Notes: generated from the sequence alone by a model not told the origin. Counted from the first letter of the stretch, positions 1-10,999 are shown. The stretch is 24,000 bases of DNA from Methanocaldococcus indicus (GCF_049554935.1 NZ_CP186926.1:697879-721878), one strand, 5' to 3'. Program-made: numbers and translations.

Positions 1-700
<700 letters not shown>

Positions 701-731
701 CTATCCTTTTAAGCTATATTTAGAAAAGAGA

Positions 732-739
732 TATATAAA
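732..739 (-). promoter_or_regulatory. Candidate archaeal TATA box (TTTATATA on the minus strand) for guaB
   Basis: The reverse complement of tatataaa is the Methanococcales box A consensus TTTATATA. It lies about 47 nt upstream of the guaB start in the 89-nt intergenic gap. Confidence 0.4.
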
Positions 740-774
740 ACTTACTTTATCATTAAATTTCAAAAAATGAATAT

Positions 775-2178
775 TTAATACATAACTTTCCATTTTCTTG
801 TTAAATGTATAGCTTTTGTAGGGCATATATTATAACAAGCCCCACAGAATATACATTTCTCTAAATCAATATTTCCATTGTCTATACACTCTTGAGGACA
901 TACTTTATTACATATACTACACTTTATACATAGTGATAAATCTGTCCAGATAAAGCTTTTTTCTCTATCAACAACTTTCTTATATCCTGTTGTGTTAGGA
1001 ATTACATCCTTAGGACAGTGAATAGCACAACTTTCACAAGCTATACAGTCCTTTGTAAAAATTATTTCTTTATTAGCTCTATCAATGACTATTGCATCTT
1101 TTGGACAAACATTACCACAAGTTCCACACAATATACAATTTTCATCCTTTATAACATCAAATTTTACATAATCTATTTTTATTGCCTCAGTTGGACAGTT
1201 GTTTATACAAATCTCACAAAGAGAACATCCTCCTATAATATAATCTAATTTCTCTCTTCTGACATCATTAGGACATATTTCAATACATTTATAACATTTT
1301 ATACATAAGTCAGGAGAGTATAGAAGTTTTCCATCAATGAATTTTAGAGCTTTAACTGAACAAACTTCTGCACATAATCCACAGTTTATACAGTATGTTA
1401 TTGGCTTTATACTTTTATTGTTCTTTATTTTATTAACTTTAAAGTTATATACCCTCAAAACTTTTGGAGGGCATTTATATACACATTCAAAACAAAGAAT
1501 ACAATTATCATTTACTTCTCCATACTCAATGGCATTTTTTGGACAAACTTCCATACATATATTACATAAAGTACAATAATTTACATTTTTTGGAATTATT
1601 GTATCTCTTGGACATAGATATGAACATCTTAAACAGCCAATACATTTATCTTTATCTATTTTGATGCTCTTTCTTTTTACTTCTTTTATTTCAATCTCTT
1701 TAATTTCACCAATTTTTATATTAAAAACTTTTTCTAATGCTTTTAAGTATCTATCAGCATGAGAATTTCTCTTCTTAAATAATAGTTGATAGGAGCTTAT
1801 TTTTGCTTTATAGGGGCATACTTCAACACATGCACCACACATAGAACAAATTCCTAATGGATAAGCCCCATCTTTATCTTTAACAATCTCTATTATTCCA
1901 ATAGGACAAGCATTTGCACATAATCCACATCCATTACATCTCCTTCTATCAACATAATAACCTCCAAATTCATTCTTTTTAATTGCCTTGTTAGGACAAA
2001 CTCTTGCACATTCTCCACAAGTTAAGCATGAAAAACTCTTGTATTGCCCATTATATTTTATTAACTTTATAGCTTTTGTAGGACATGCCTCAATACACTT
2101 AGATGTTTTTTTGTAAAAAGGGCAACTTTCACATTTTTTAATATCTGGCCTGCATCTATCCAATATTGTTATAATCAT
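775..2178 (-). CDS. Polyferredoxin (13 canonical CxxCxxCxxxC[PS] motifs plus one atypical N-terminal Cys cluster)
   Basis: The 467-aa ORF is essentially a chain of 4Fe-4S ferredoxin motifs: [156 protein letters not shown]. Confidence 0.85.
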   Translation of the reverse strand: MIITILDRCRPDIKKCESCPFYKKTSKCIEACPTKAIKLIKYNGQYKSFSCLTCGECARVCPNKAIKKNEFGGYYVDRRRCNGCGLCANACPIGIIEIVKDKDGAYPLGICSMCGACVEVCPYKAKISSYQLLFKKRNSHADRYLKALEKVFNIKIGEIKEIEIKEVKRKSIKIDKDKCIGCLRCSYLCPRDTIIPKNVNYCTLCNICMEVCPKNAIEYGEVNDNCILCFECVYKCPPKVLRVYNFKVNKIKNNKSIKPITYCINCGLCAEVCSVKALKFIDGKLLYSPDLCIKCYKCIEICPNDVRREKLDYIIGGCSLCEICINNCPTEAIKIDYVKFDVIKDENCILCGTCGNVCPKDAIVIDRANKEIIFTKDCIACESCAIHCPKDVIPNTTGYKKVVDREKSFIWTDLSLCIKCSICNKVCPQECIDNGNIDLEKCIFCGACYNICPTKAIHLTRKWKVMY

Positions 2179-2404
2179 AATGTTCCCTTCTTAAAACTCT
2201 ATTACCAAAAAATATACCTAAAATAGCAAATACAAACTCAAAAGATAATGGTAAGTTGTAGTATGGAAATGCTCCTAAGAACTTAGCTATTATAATTGAG
2301 ATGATAAGATAGCTTAAAAAATGCTTTAATTTGTATCTATATCTATATCCAACAATAACCCCTAATAAAAATGCTAATATTGATGGATAAAATAAACTAA
2401 TCAT
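2156..2404 (-). CDS. Small hydrophobic membrane protein (~82 aa, 2-3 TM helices), overlapping the polyferredoxin start by 23 nt
   Basis: Track ORF 2156..2443. I prefer the internal ATG at 2404 ([15 protein letters not shown]...) because GGGGGA (rc of 2411-2416) sits 6 nt upstream as an RBS. The sequence is hydrophobic throughout. Confidence 0.5.
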   Translation of the reverse strand: MISLFYPSILAFLLGVIVGYRYRYKLKHFLSYLIISIIIAKFLGAFPYYNLPLSFEFVFAILGIFFGNRVLRREHYDYNNIG

Positions 2405-2520
2405 AGTATATCCCCCTAAAACTATCATTATTAATAATGACAAATTATTATAAAATAGTTTTTGTTTTTATTTACATTATTGCAAAAAATAAATATATGA
2501 ATAATTGAATTATAGTAAAA

Positions 2521-2528
2521 TTTATATA
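2521..2528 (+). promoter_or_regulatory. Candidate TATA box (TTTATATA) for the TusA/DsrE operon
   Basis: Exact TTTATATA lies 57 nt upstream of ATG 2585. AGGTGA RBS at 2575-2580. Confidence 0.4.
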
Positions 2529-2584
2529 CTACTTCTAAATAATAATTGTGTATAAATAACACACAACTATAAACAGGTGATAGA

Positions 2585-3397
2585 ATGATAAAATTTAGTG
2601 TAAAAGGATTAAGAAATCCAGAAATATTGTTAGATTTAGTTTTAAGAATGAATAAAGATGAAGATTTAATAATTGTTGAGGCAGATAATGAAAACATTGA
2701 TAAGTTAAAAGAATATTTAGAAAAGAACAACTTAAATTATGATATTGATGGAAATACTGTTAAGATATTTGCAAAAGAAATTAAGGCAAATAAAACTGTT
2801 AATGTTGTTGGTGCTACATGTCCAGGACCAATTATGATTGTCTCTGATATGTTAGAGAAGATGAAAGTTGGTGAAATATTAGAAATAGTTTGTGGAGAGA
2901 ATGCTATAACAGATTTAACTGAAGGTTTGAAAGGAGCAGGACATGAAATATTAAAAGTTGAGAAAGAAGGAGATACATATAAAATATATATAAGAAAAGG
3001 AGAAAAGAAAAAAGAAGAAATTAAAAGTATTGATATAGATGAGCTCTTTATTATAAACACAACTGGAACAGGTAATGCTGAAAGAGCATATTCAACATTT
3101 ATGATGGCTGATATAGCTTTAAAGATGGGACTAAAACCAACTATATTCTTAATGTTAGATGGAGCAAGTTTAGCATTAAAAGGAGAATGTGATAAAGTTA
3201 AACATCCTGCATTTCCTAAATTAGGAGATTTAGTAAGAGATGTTATTAAAAAAGGAGTTAAAGTATATGTATGTGAGTTAAGTGCAGAATTTAGAGGTAT
3301 AAATAAAAATAACTTAGAAGATGGCTTTATTATTGCAGGAGCTCCAACTTTCTTAAACTACTTAAGAAAACCAAATGTTAGACCAGTATGGTTATAA
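2585..3397 (+). CDS. Three-domain sulfur-relay fusion: degenerate TusA-like domain, TusA/SirA domain with CPxP active site, and DsrE/DsrF-like domain
   Basis: aa ~1-65: TusA-like fold pattern with no Cys (VKGLRNPEILLDL..LIIVEADN). aa ~70-135: canonical TusA motif VVGATCPGPIMIVSDMLEKMKVGEILEIV. aa ~150-270: DsrE-like (LFIINTTGTGNAERAYSTFMMA..., conserved Cys context KVYVCELSAEFRGI). Confidence 0.75.
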   Translation: MIKFSVKGLRNPEILLDLVLRMNKDEDLIIVEADNENIDKLKEYLEKNNLNYDIDGNTVKIFAKEIKANKTVNVVGATCPGPIMIVSDMLEKMKVGEILEIVCGENAITDLTEGLKGAGHEILKVEKEGDTYKIYIRKGEKKKEEIKSIDIDELFIINTTGTGNAERAYSTFMMADIALKMGLKPTIFLMLDGASLALKGECDKVKHPAFPKLGDLVRDVIKKGVKVYVCELSAEFRGINKNNLEDGFIIAGAPTFLNYLRKPNVRPVWL

Positions 3398-3415
3398 AAT
3401 TTTGTGTGAAATATT

Positions 3416-3853
3416 ATGACTAAAAAGATAGACCCTTTATTTGTATCTGCTTTATATTATGGAATAAACAAAGGAATTAATAATATAATAGGTAGTGGTG
3501 GAAAAGTTTTAGGTAGAATTGTAAGTAAAGAAATTATTACATTTCTTGAAGAGTTTGGAATTAAAAATGTTGATATAAAAAAGCTTTTTACTGAAATTTT
3601 TGGATTAGCTGAAGATTTAAAAATTGTTGAAGATGATGAAAAAGTAATATTTACAGTTGTTAATCCAACATTAAAAGAATTTTTAAAGAAAAGTATGGAA
3701 GAGAAAATTCAGTTATATATTTGCCCATTTATTCATCTACTTTCTGAATTATACTCCAAAGATAAAGATTATAAATTAATGCTCCTAAATGTTGAGCCTA
3801 TAAGTGAGAATGAAGTAAATCTAATATTTAAAAAGGTGAAGCGTAATGAATGA
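3416..3853 (+). CDS. Conserved hypothetical cytosolic protein (145 aa); possibly a V4R-like small-molecule-binding fold, not established
   Basis: Clean ORF 18 nt after the TusA/DsrE gene, and its stop overlaps the next start. It has a single Cys in LYICPFIHLL. I recognise no strong motif. Confidence 0.55.
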   Translation: MTKKIDPLFVSALYYGINKGINNIIGSGGKVLGRIVSKEIITFLEEFGIKNVDIKKLFTEIFGLAEDLKIVEDDEKVIFTVVNPTLKEFLKKSMEEKIQLYICPFIHLLSELYSKDKDYKLMLLNVEPISENEVNLIFKKVKRNE

Positions 3854-4175
3854 GATAATATTTATAGTATCACTATCTGTTATCTTTGGAGCTATGCTTT
3901 CTGGTTTTGCAATATTTAGAATGACTGGAATGAGGTTAATGGCTCATTTCATATCTTTGATATTAGCATTTATAGTAACATTGGGATATCTTATTATAAA
4001 AAATGATGTAGTTGGATACTTAGCTATACTTTTACAAATAATTTCAGTTATAACAATCTGTCCAACAATTTGTAATATACTAAAAACTCAGTTTCAAAAT
4101 ACAGCTATCTACTCTACTCAGCTATCATTAATGGGGATGTTATTAATTTTGGCTATTTCCTCCATTTTCTTCTAA
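3846..4175 (+). CDS. Small integral membrane protein (109 aa, ~3-4 TM) with an intramembrane CPTIC motif
   Basis: Its ATG overlaps the upstream stop (3846 vs 3853). Hydrophobic segments run throughout, and the Cys pair sits in ITICPTICNIL. Confidence 0.55.
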   Translation: MNEIIFIVSLSVIFGAMLSGFAIFRMTGMRLMAHFISLILAFIVTLGYLIIKNDVVGYLAILLQIISVITICPTICNILKTQFQNTAIYSTQLSLMGMLLILAISSIFF

Positions 4176-4604
4176 ACTTTTTAAGAAGTGTGCTATTTTA
4201 TTAACAACTATTTCAGCCTCTTCTTCATTTCTTGGATATCTAACTCTTAATGTAGGAATATTTTTTCTTTTTATTAGATATAGAGTTAGTTCATTGGTTC
4301 TTGCACATCCTATACAACCAAAAGCTATTGGAGTATCATCCATTATTATAGCTGCTTCTGCTGCATCTATCAACGGCCCTATTAATGCCATTCTTCCTCT
4401 AACTCCAGATGGAACCTCAACAGCAGCATATTTTAGTCCTTTTTTTGGTTCTTCATCAGTTATATTCATTGGTGGGCTATCTATCTCAGGATTTCTTACT
4501 AAACCTCCAACAATTGTTTGTAAAGTTAAAGGTTTATGTCCAAATCTTTCAACTAAATCAGTTAATATTAAACTATTTGGTGGGTAAATAAATACTTTTT
4601 TCAA
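4143..4604 (-). CDS. Methanogenesis marker protein 5 (Mmp5 family)
   Basis: The 153-aa sequence [23 protein letters not shown]...[23 protein letters not shown]...[13 protein letters not shown] matches my memory of the methanogen-restricted Mmp5 family (TIGRFAM methan_mark_5). Not verifiable here. Confidence 0.65.
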   Translation of the reverse strand: MKKVFIYPPNSLILTDLVERFGHKPLTLQTIVGGLVRNPEIDSPPMNITDEEPKKGLKYAAVEVPSGVRGRMALIGPLIDAAEAAIIMDDTPIAFGCIGCARTNELTLYLIKRKNIPTLRVRYPRNEEEAEIVVNKIAHFLKSLEENGGNSQN

Positions 4605-5998
4605 TCTTTCACCTTTTTAATCCATCTTTCTAAATTATCTAAAAAGTTGTCTTTACTATTGTCACTATCAATTTCTCTATTGTTATTAAAATCTAACTTA
4701 GGAATATCTATTGTTAAATTTATATTTAAAGCTTTTTTACAAAATTCATCATAATCAATCTCTACCTCAGGAATTAGCCCCCTTTTTTCTTCTGCTATTT
4801 TTTCAACATAATAAAGTTTTATATTATATTTCTTAGCTAAATTTTTTAGCTTATTAAATAATTCTATGTTATAAACTTTATTTAATATAATTCCCTCAAC
4901 TTTTAACCCAATAGATTTTAAAAAGAAATATTGATTTAAAGCTGAAAAGAAAGCACCTTCAATTCCTTCCAAATTGCAACTACTAACAATATATATAGGA
5001 AAATTAAGTTTTTTGGCAATTTGATATGAAGAAATATTTTTCAAAGCTCCTGTAAAAGAACCCATAACTCCCTCAACAATGAAGAATTTATAATTAGATT
5101 TTTTTACAAAATCTAAAAATTCTTCTACTTTAACCCAACCTCTCTCTCCTAACTTTATACTTCTATATTTATCCATCTTATCTCTTAGTATATACAAAGA
5201 AGGAACAATGTCCCTTACATCTCCTCCAATTTTGGCAACATATACATCTTTTAATTTTGATGATATAGATGTTGTTAAAAATGTTTTTCCAGAATTTGAT
5301 GAAGTTGATAATAAAATAATTCCTCTTTTTTCTTTACTTTCTATCTTTTTTACTTTATTAGATAGTGCTCTTCTTTTTAGTTCTCTTCTAATTTTTTCAT
5401 TTTCTTTAAATATTTCCTCTCTCTCATTGTATAGTCCTATATACTTTAAAAACTCATCTCTTAAATGTGGATTATCTAAATAATTATGAATCAAAGTTCC
5501 AAAAACTCTCCCATTATAAACTCCTGAAACAATTTCTTTCTCATTAAATTTATAGTTAAGTTTTTGCACATAAGAAACTGTAAAAACTTTATCTTTTCCA
5601 ACTTTAACATTTCCATAAGTATGACAGTGAAATCCCTCTCCTTCTCCAAAAATACTTTTAAATCTAACTCTATCAGTGCAAACTAATGGGGAAAATTCAA
5701 CATCCAAAAGATTCAAACCTTCCCTAATTATAGGAATTGGGCTCTTCCTACCAATATCTATTTTTTTTCCTAAAAGTTGAAATCCACTACAAACTCCAAA
5801 GATATATCCATCAAAGTTAATAATCTCTTTCTTTATCTCTTCTCTTAAACCACTCTCTATTAAAGAACCTCCTGGAATTATTAACAATTCTAAATCTTTG
5901 ATTTCTTTATAGTTATTTTCGTCTATTATCTTTGTAGGAAGATTACCAAAATCCTCAAAACATGGAAGAGAACCTTTAACATCTAAAATTCCAATCAT
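4601..5998 (-). CDS. CobQ/CobB-type glutamine amidotransferase with reversed domain order (GATase domain N-terminal, CbiA/dethiobiotin-synthase-like P-loop domain C-terminal)
   Basis: N-terminal half: LLIIPGGS, nucleophile context [18 protein letters not shown], His context [12 protein letters not shown]-terminal half: P-loop [44 protein letters not shown] charged linker ([34 protein letters not shown]) joins them. Confidence 0.75.
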   Translation of the reverse strand: MIGILDVKGSLPCFEDFGNLPTKIIDENNYKEIKDLELLIIPGGSLIESGLREEIKKEIINFDGYIFGVCSGFQLLGKKIDIGRKSPIPIIREGLNLLDVEFSPLVCTDRVRFKSIFGEGEGFHCHTYGNVKVGKDKVFTVSYVQKLNYKFNEKEIVSGVYNGRVFGTLIHNYLDNPHLRDEFLKYIGLYNEREEIFKENEKIRRELKRRALSNKVKKIESKEKRGIILLSTSSNSGKTFLTTSISSKLKDVYVAKIGGDVRDIVPSLYILRDKMDKYRSIKLGERGWVKVEEFLDFVKKSNYKFFIVEGVMGSFTGALKNISSYQIAKKLNFPIYIVSSCNLEGIEGAFFSALNQYFFLKSIGLKVEGIILNKVYNIELFNKLKNLAKKYNIKLYYVEKIAEEKRGLIPEVEIDYDEFCKKALNINLTIDIPKLDFNNNREIDSDNSKDNFLDNLERWIKKVKD

Positions 5999-6247
5999 TT
6001 ACTCATCAACTCTTTGAGTCCTTCTAACAGTAAAGGCAAACAATGTTGGGAGGATAGCACATCCTAAAATAGCAGAGGTTAGAGCTACATCAGGAGCTAA
6101 TAATGCATAATATAAATAAGCCATACATAAACCAACAAATCCAGACAATATAATACATTTAATTAAATCTTTTTGTAATAGGGAGGCTAAACTTGCGAGT
6201 ATTGCTAAGATTATAACAATATAGTTAATAATTTCCATATCCATCAC
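5999..6247 (-). CDS. Small membrane protein, MbhD/MnhB-N-terminal-like (DUF4040-like), 82 aa
   Basis: Three hydrophobic helices. LLAPDVALTSAILG resembles the aPDvAlTEa motif of MbhD/DUF4040 proteins of energy-converting hydrogenases. It abuts the next gene with a 0-nt gap. Confidence 0.5.
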   Translation of the reverse strand: MMDMEIINYIVIILAILASLASLLQKDLIKCIILSGFVGLCMAYLYYALLAPDVALTSAILGCAILPTLFAFTVRRTQRVDE

Positions 6248-7236
6248 TTACTTAGTTTTTGTTTGATAATTATATAGGATATATATCCTAAAAGTGTTGG
6301 TATAATATATGATATAAACCTATCTAATATATTTATAACTGCTGCTACATCTGTTGGAATATTAAATGCTGAAAATCCAGCTATCATAACAGCATCTGCT
6401 GAACCTAATCCAGCAGGAGTTACTGATATAACTCCTGTTAATAAAACCAATAAATATACTGTTGCTACTACAACAAACTTAACATAATAAGGAATTGCTA
6501 AAAAATATAGGTACATCTTAAATATATCAACAACATACCAAAGAACAGATAAAAATAAAGAAATATATAGCTCTAATTTATGCTTGTTCTTCTTTAAAAA
6601 ATTTATTCCATTATAAAAATCATCTACTATCTTCTTTATCCTCTCTTCATCATAAACTAATGTTGTATATTTACATGCAAAATTATATATGGTTAAAGAA
6701 ATCTTTAGTAGTAAATTTCTATTTAATAAAATATATAAAATTGTTAGAGATAAAACCAATATAAATATCCACGAATACATTAGAAATTTTAAGTATTTAA
6801 AGCCATTTAGTAGAAAATAGATAATAACTAAAAAAGAAGCTATTAAAAATATAGCAGTATCTAAAAATCTCTCTACAAATACAGTAGAATATGCAATACC
6901 TTTTGGTATATCTTCTAACTTTGATAGATAATAAGCTCTGAAAACCTCTCCACCACCTCTCATTGATGGAGTTAGATTGTTAATAAATTGTCCAAAAAGG
7001 ACAGTTAAAAAAACATTTACAAATTTTGGGCTATAACCTAATCCTCTAAATAAATAAATCCATCTATATGATAGAATAACTAAAACTAAAATTTGTAAGA
7101 ATATAGCAGCAATAATATATTTTACATCTAACCTTAGAATAATGCTTATTATTTTCTCAATTCCAATATAATAAAACATTCCCAATAAAATTAATAATCC
7201 TAATAAAAAGCCAAATATCTTTTTAATCTTACCCAT
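6244..7236 (-). CDS. UPF0104 / lysyl-phosphatidylglycerol-synthase-TM-like (flippase-like) integral membrane protein
   Basis: 330 aa, ~8 TM. NLTPSMRGGGEVFRAYYL is typical of the TIGR00374/LPG_synthase_TM family. Confidence 0.65.
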   Translation of the reverse strand: MGKIKKIFGFLLGLLILLGMFYYIGIEKIISIILRLDVKYIIAAIFLQILVLVILSYRWIYLFRGLGYSPKFVNVFLTVLFGQFINNLTPSMRGGGEVFRAYYLSKLEDIPKGIAYSTVFVERFLDTAIFLIASFLVIIYFLLNGFKYLKFLMYSWIFILVLSLTILYILLNRNLLLKISLTIYNFACKYTTLVYDEERIKKIVDDFYNGINFLKKNKHKLELYISLFLSVLWYVVDIFKMYLYFLAIPYYVKFVVVATVYLLVLLTGVISVTPAGLGSADAVMIAGFSAFNIPTDVAAVINILDRFISYIIPTLLGYISYIIIKQKLSK

Positions 7237-7237
7237 A

Positions 7238-9175
7238 CTACAATCCTTTTCTAACTTTAACAGCTAACCCTTTATTAAATTCTAATAACTCTCTACTATT
7301 TAGTATTGCTGTTCCAAACCCTAAGAGTTCATCATCCTCATTTACAACTAAAACCTCATCATAAGGATAGATATCATTATAGCAATCTATAACAAACTTA
7401 GCAAATACATTTTTACCTTGTTTTACAAATTCAGCAACTGAGTTATCCACAACAACCCTATATTTTGGGAAATCCAAATGTTCCCACAACAACTTAGCTC
7501 CTTCTTTTGTAGGAATTAAAAAGTTATCATAACTTCTTACACTAAAAACAACCTTATCATCTAAATAAACTTGTCTCATTCTACCTGTATTTTTACTTCT
7601 AATAACTTTAAACTCTTTATCTATATCAACATCAAATTGATACTGTATCATTCTCCTAATTCTAAAACTATCTGCATTAAATTTTTTATAGTCAAATCTA
7701 TTTATGTAGTAGTTATATGTATATATATCTAAAATATTGTCTTCTCCAATCTTAGATTTTAAATATTTTATGAATTCCTCTTGAAACTCTCTATCTTCTT
7801 CAAATTTATAAATGATGTTTGGACATTCATGTTGTGAAAGTGGATAGACAGTATCTATATAGTAAGGAACAAATCCAAATATAGGATGTTTTATTAAAAT
7901 ATCTACATCAGTCTCTTTTACATTTAAATTTTCACTGTAAGGTTTTTCAACATTTTTATTAATATTGGTTATAAATACTTTTTCAAATTTTAACCTTTTT
8001 AATCTCTTTTTATGTTTATAAACTTCTGGCCTAAACTTTGATTCATAAGAGGTATAGAAGAAAGCAGATTTTTTTGTTATTGGGTCAAACTTCTCAATAA
8101 AATACATATAATTTTTAATTACTCTATATGCTTCTAAAAGCTTAGGATGATTTCTAACCCTACTTTCAACTAATTCCCATAAGGAGTTTTCTCTCAAAGC
8201 TAATTTAATTCTATTTATTTCATCAAATGTAACATATAAGTTATGCTCAGCTAATAATCTCTCTCTATCTTTTTTATCCAACTTAGATAGCTCTTTTGGT
8301 GAATATGTAGAACAGATAGGACATGAGCATGGGAAGCTATCTAACTCCTTTAACTCCTCTAAGTGATATGTTCCTCTTTCAGTTAAATATCTATCATCCT
8401 TTGCATATAGAGCATAGGCTGCTGAATCAAATAAATCACATCCCAATAAAACAGCCAAAGAAAAGAACATAGGATGCCCACAGCCAAATAAATGAATAGG
8501 TTTGCTTGTAGGAAGATACATCTTTGAGTTTAAGATAATTTCTACAACCTCTCTAAACCTATAACTTTCCATTAATGGAACAACTGCTCCAATAGGATAA
8601 ATATCAAAATTTAATTTTGCCATTTCTTTGGCTGATTTTTGTCTTAAATCTAAATAAGTAGAACCTTGGATAGTTCCATTTAAGAATATATTTATTTCTC
8701 TTTTTCTTTTTAATTCAGCTGCTATTTTAGCTCTTTCTAATGTTATCTCCAAATCTTTCTCAGCTTTTTCTTTATCAACATCAGGAGGTGTGGGAATATC
8801 TAAAATAGTTCCAACATCTACACCAATATCATTCTGAAACTTTAAAATTTCTATATTATCTACATCAATATCTCCATAAACAGATAGTTGATAAGAACCA
8901 CTATCAGTAACTATTACCCCATCAAAATCTAAGAGTTTATGAACTCCATCTTTTAATGCTATCTCTTTCAATTCTTCATTTTTATAGATAATATAAGAGT
9001 TAGTTATAACAATATTTGTAAGTTTTTTTATAATTTTAATAGGAACTATTTGTTTTTTAGGATTTGGATGAACAACTGGCATAATTGTTGGTGTTTCAAT
9101 CTTCTTCTTATTTATCTCTATATTTGCCAATTTCCCTAAACCATCTCTTGCTTTAATATCCAAATTAACCACCAA
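7238..9175 (-). CDS. tgtA: Archaeosine tRNA-guanine(15) transglycosylase (ArcTGT) with C-terminal PUA domain
   Basis: 645 aa. IETPTIMPVVHP, catalytic-Asp context VTDSGSYQ, Zn site FPCSCPICS...H, PUA-like C-terminus VLVVNEDDELLGFGTAIL. The track start at 9175 is TTG; a TTG at 9163 preceded by GGTGG is an alternative start. Confidence 0.9.
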   Translation of the reverse strand: MVVNLDIKARDGLGKLANIEINKKKIETPTIMPVVHPNPKKQIVPIKIIKKLTNIVITNSYIIYKNEELKEIALKDGVHKLLDFDGVIVTDSGSYQLSVYGDIDVDNIEILKFQNDIGVDVGTILDIPTPPDVDKEKAEKDLEITLERAKIAAELKRKREINIFLNGTIQGSTYLDLRQKSAKEMAKLNFDIYPIGAVVPLMESYRFREVVEIILNSKMYLPTSKPIHLFGCGHPMFFSLAVLLGCDLFDSAAYALYAKDDRYLTERGTYHLEELKELDSFPCSCPICSTYSPKELSKLDKKDRERLLAEHNLYVTFDEINRIKLALRENSLWELVESRVRNHPKLLEAYRVIKNYMYFIEKFDPITKKSAFFYTSYESKFRPEVYKHKKRLKRLKFEKVFITNINKNVEKPYSENLNVKETDVDILIKHPIFGFVPYYIDTVYPLSQHECPNIIYKFEEDREFQEEFIKYLKSKIGEDNILDIYTYNYYINRFDYKKFNADSFRIRRMIQYQFDVDIDKEFKVIRSKNTGRMRQVYLDDKVVFSVRSYDNFLIPTKEGAKLLWEHLDFPKYRVVVDNSVAEFVKQGKNVFAKFVIDCYNDIYPYDEVLVVNEDDELLGFGTAILNSRELLEFNKGLAVKVRKGL

Positions 9176-9234
9176 AGAAATTATATGACTTTATTTTACA
9201 CTATAATATTTTAATTTTTTTATTTTTTTTAATT

Positions 9235-9242
9235 TTTATATA
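9235..9242 (+). promoter_or_regulatory. Candidate rRNA operon promoter TATA box (AATTTTTATATAG)
   Basis: TTTATATA with an A/T-rich BRE-like flank lies ~115 nt upstream of the 16S processing stem. A second TATA-like TTTATAT sits at 9244-9250. Confidence 0.45.
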
Positions 9243-9355
9243 GTTTATATTCCTTAAATGCTTCTAATTGTTTTAATCCTAAAAACATTACAAAAATCAG
9301 GTTTGTGCTATTGGATGCAATTGAAATGCGTCCCCAATCCAAAAGGGTTGGGGCT

Positions 9356-9405
9356 GAGGCAAGCCCCTCGCTTGGGCTGGTGAAATCCCTACTGTAAGCC
9401 AGCCC
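9356..9405 (+). other. 5' strand of the pre-16S processing stem, including a bulge-helix-bulge motif
   Basis: GAGGCAAGCCCCTCGCTTGGGCT / GGTG / AAA / TCCCTACTGTAAGCCAGCCC pairs with 10939-10988. It forms a 20-bp helix, a 3-nt bulge (AAA 9383-9385) and a 4-bp helix (GGTG:CACC), with a 3-nt bulge (GAA 10963-10965) on the other strand, then a ~21-bp helix. Confidence 0.85.
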
Positions 9406-9448
9406 CCGCAAGAAAGGTCTCTCCTTTCTTGCGGCCGTACTCCACTTA

Positions 9449-10926
<1,478 letters not shown>

Positions 10927-10938
10927 GAGAAAAAATTT

Positions 10939-10988
10939 GGGCTGGCTTACAGTAGGGACACCGAAAACCCAAGCGAGGGGCTTGCCTC
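10939..10988 (+). other. 3' strand of the pre-16S processing stem (BHB partner)
   Basis: GGGCTGGCTTACAGTAGGGA / CACC / GAA / AACCCAAGCGAGGGGCTTGCCTC is complementary to 9356-9405. Confidence 0.85.
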
Positions 10989-10999
10989 ATAGGATTAGT

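Noticed and set aside
1018-1664. Plus-strand ORFs 1018-1248, 1337-1579 and 1464-1664
   Set aside because: They are antisense to the polyferredoxin gene, whose 13 canonical ferredoxin motifs establish the true frame.
2431-3060. Minus-strand ORFs 2431-2730 and 2737-3060
   Set aside because: They run through the promoter region and antisense to the TusA/DsrE gene. They have a low-complexity Ser/Phe/Ile composition and no RBS.
4294-5483. Plus-strand ORFs 4294-4587, 4409-4591 and 5208-5483
   Set aside because: They are antisense to Mmp5 and the amidotransferase gene, both of which carry recognisable motifs in the opposite frame.
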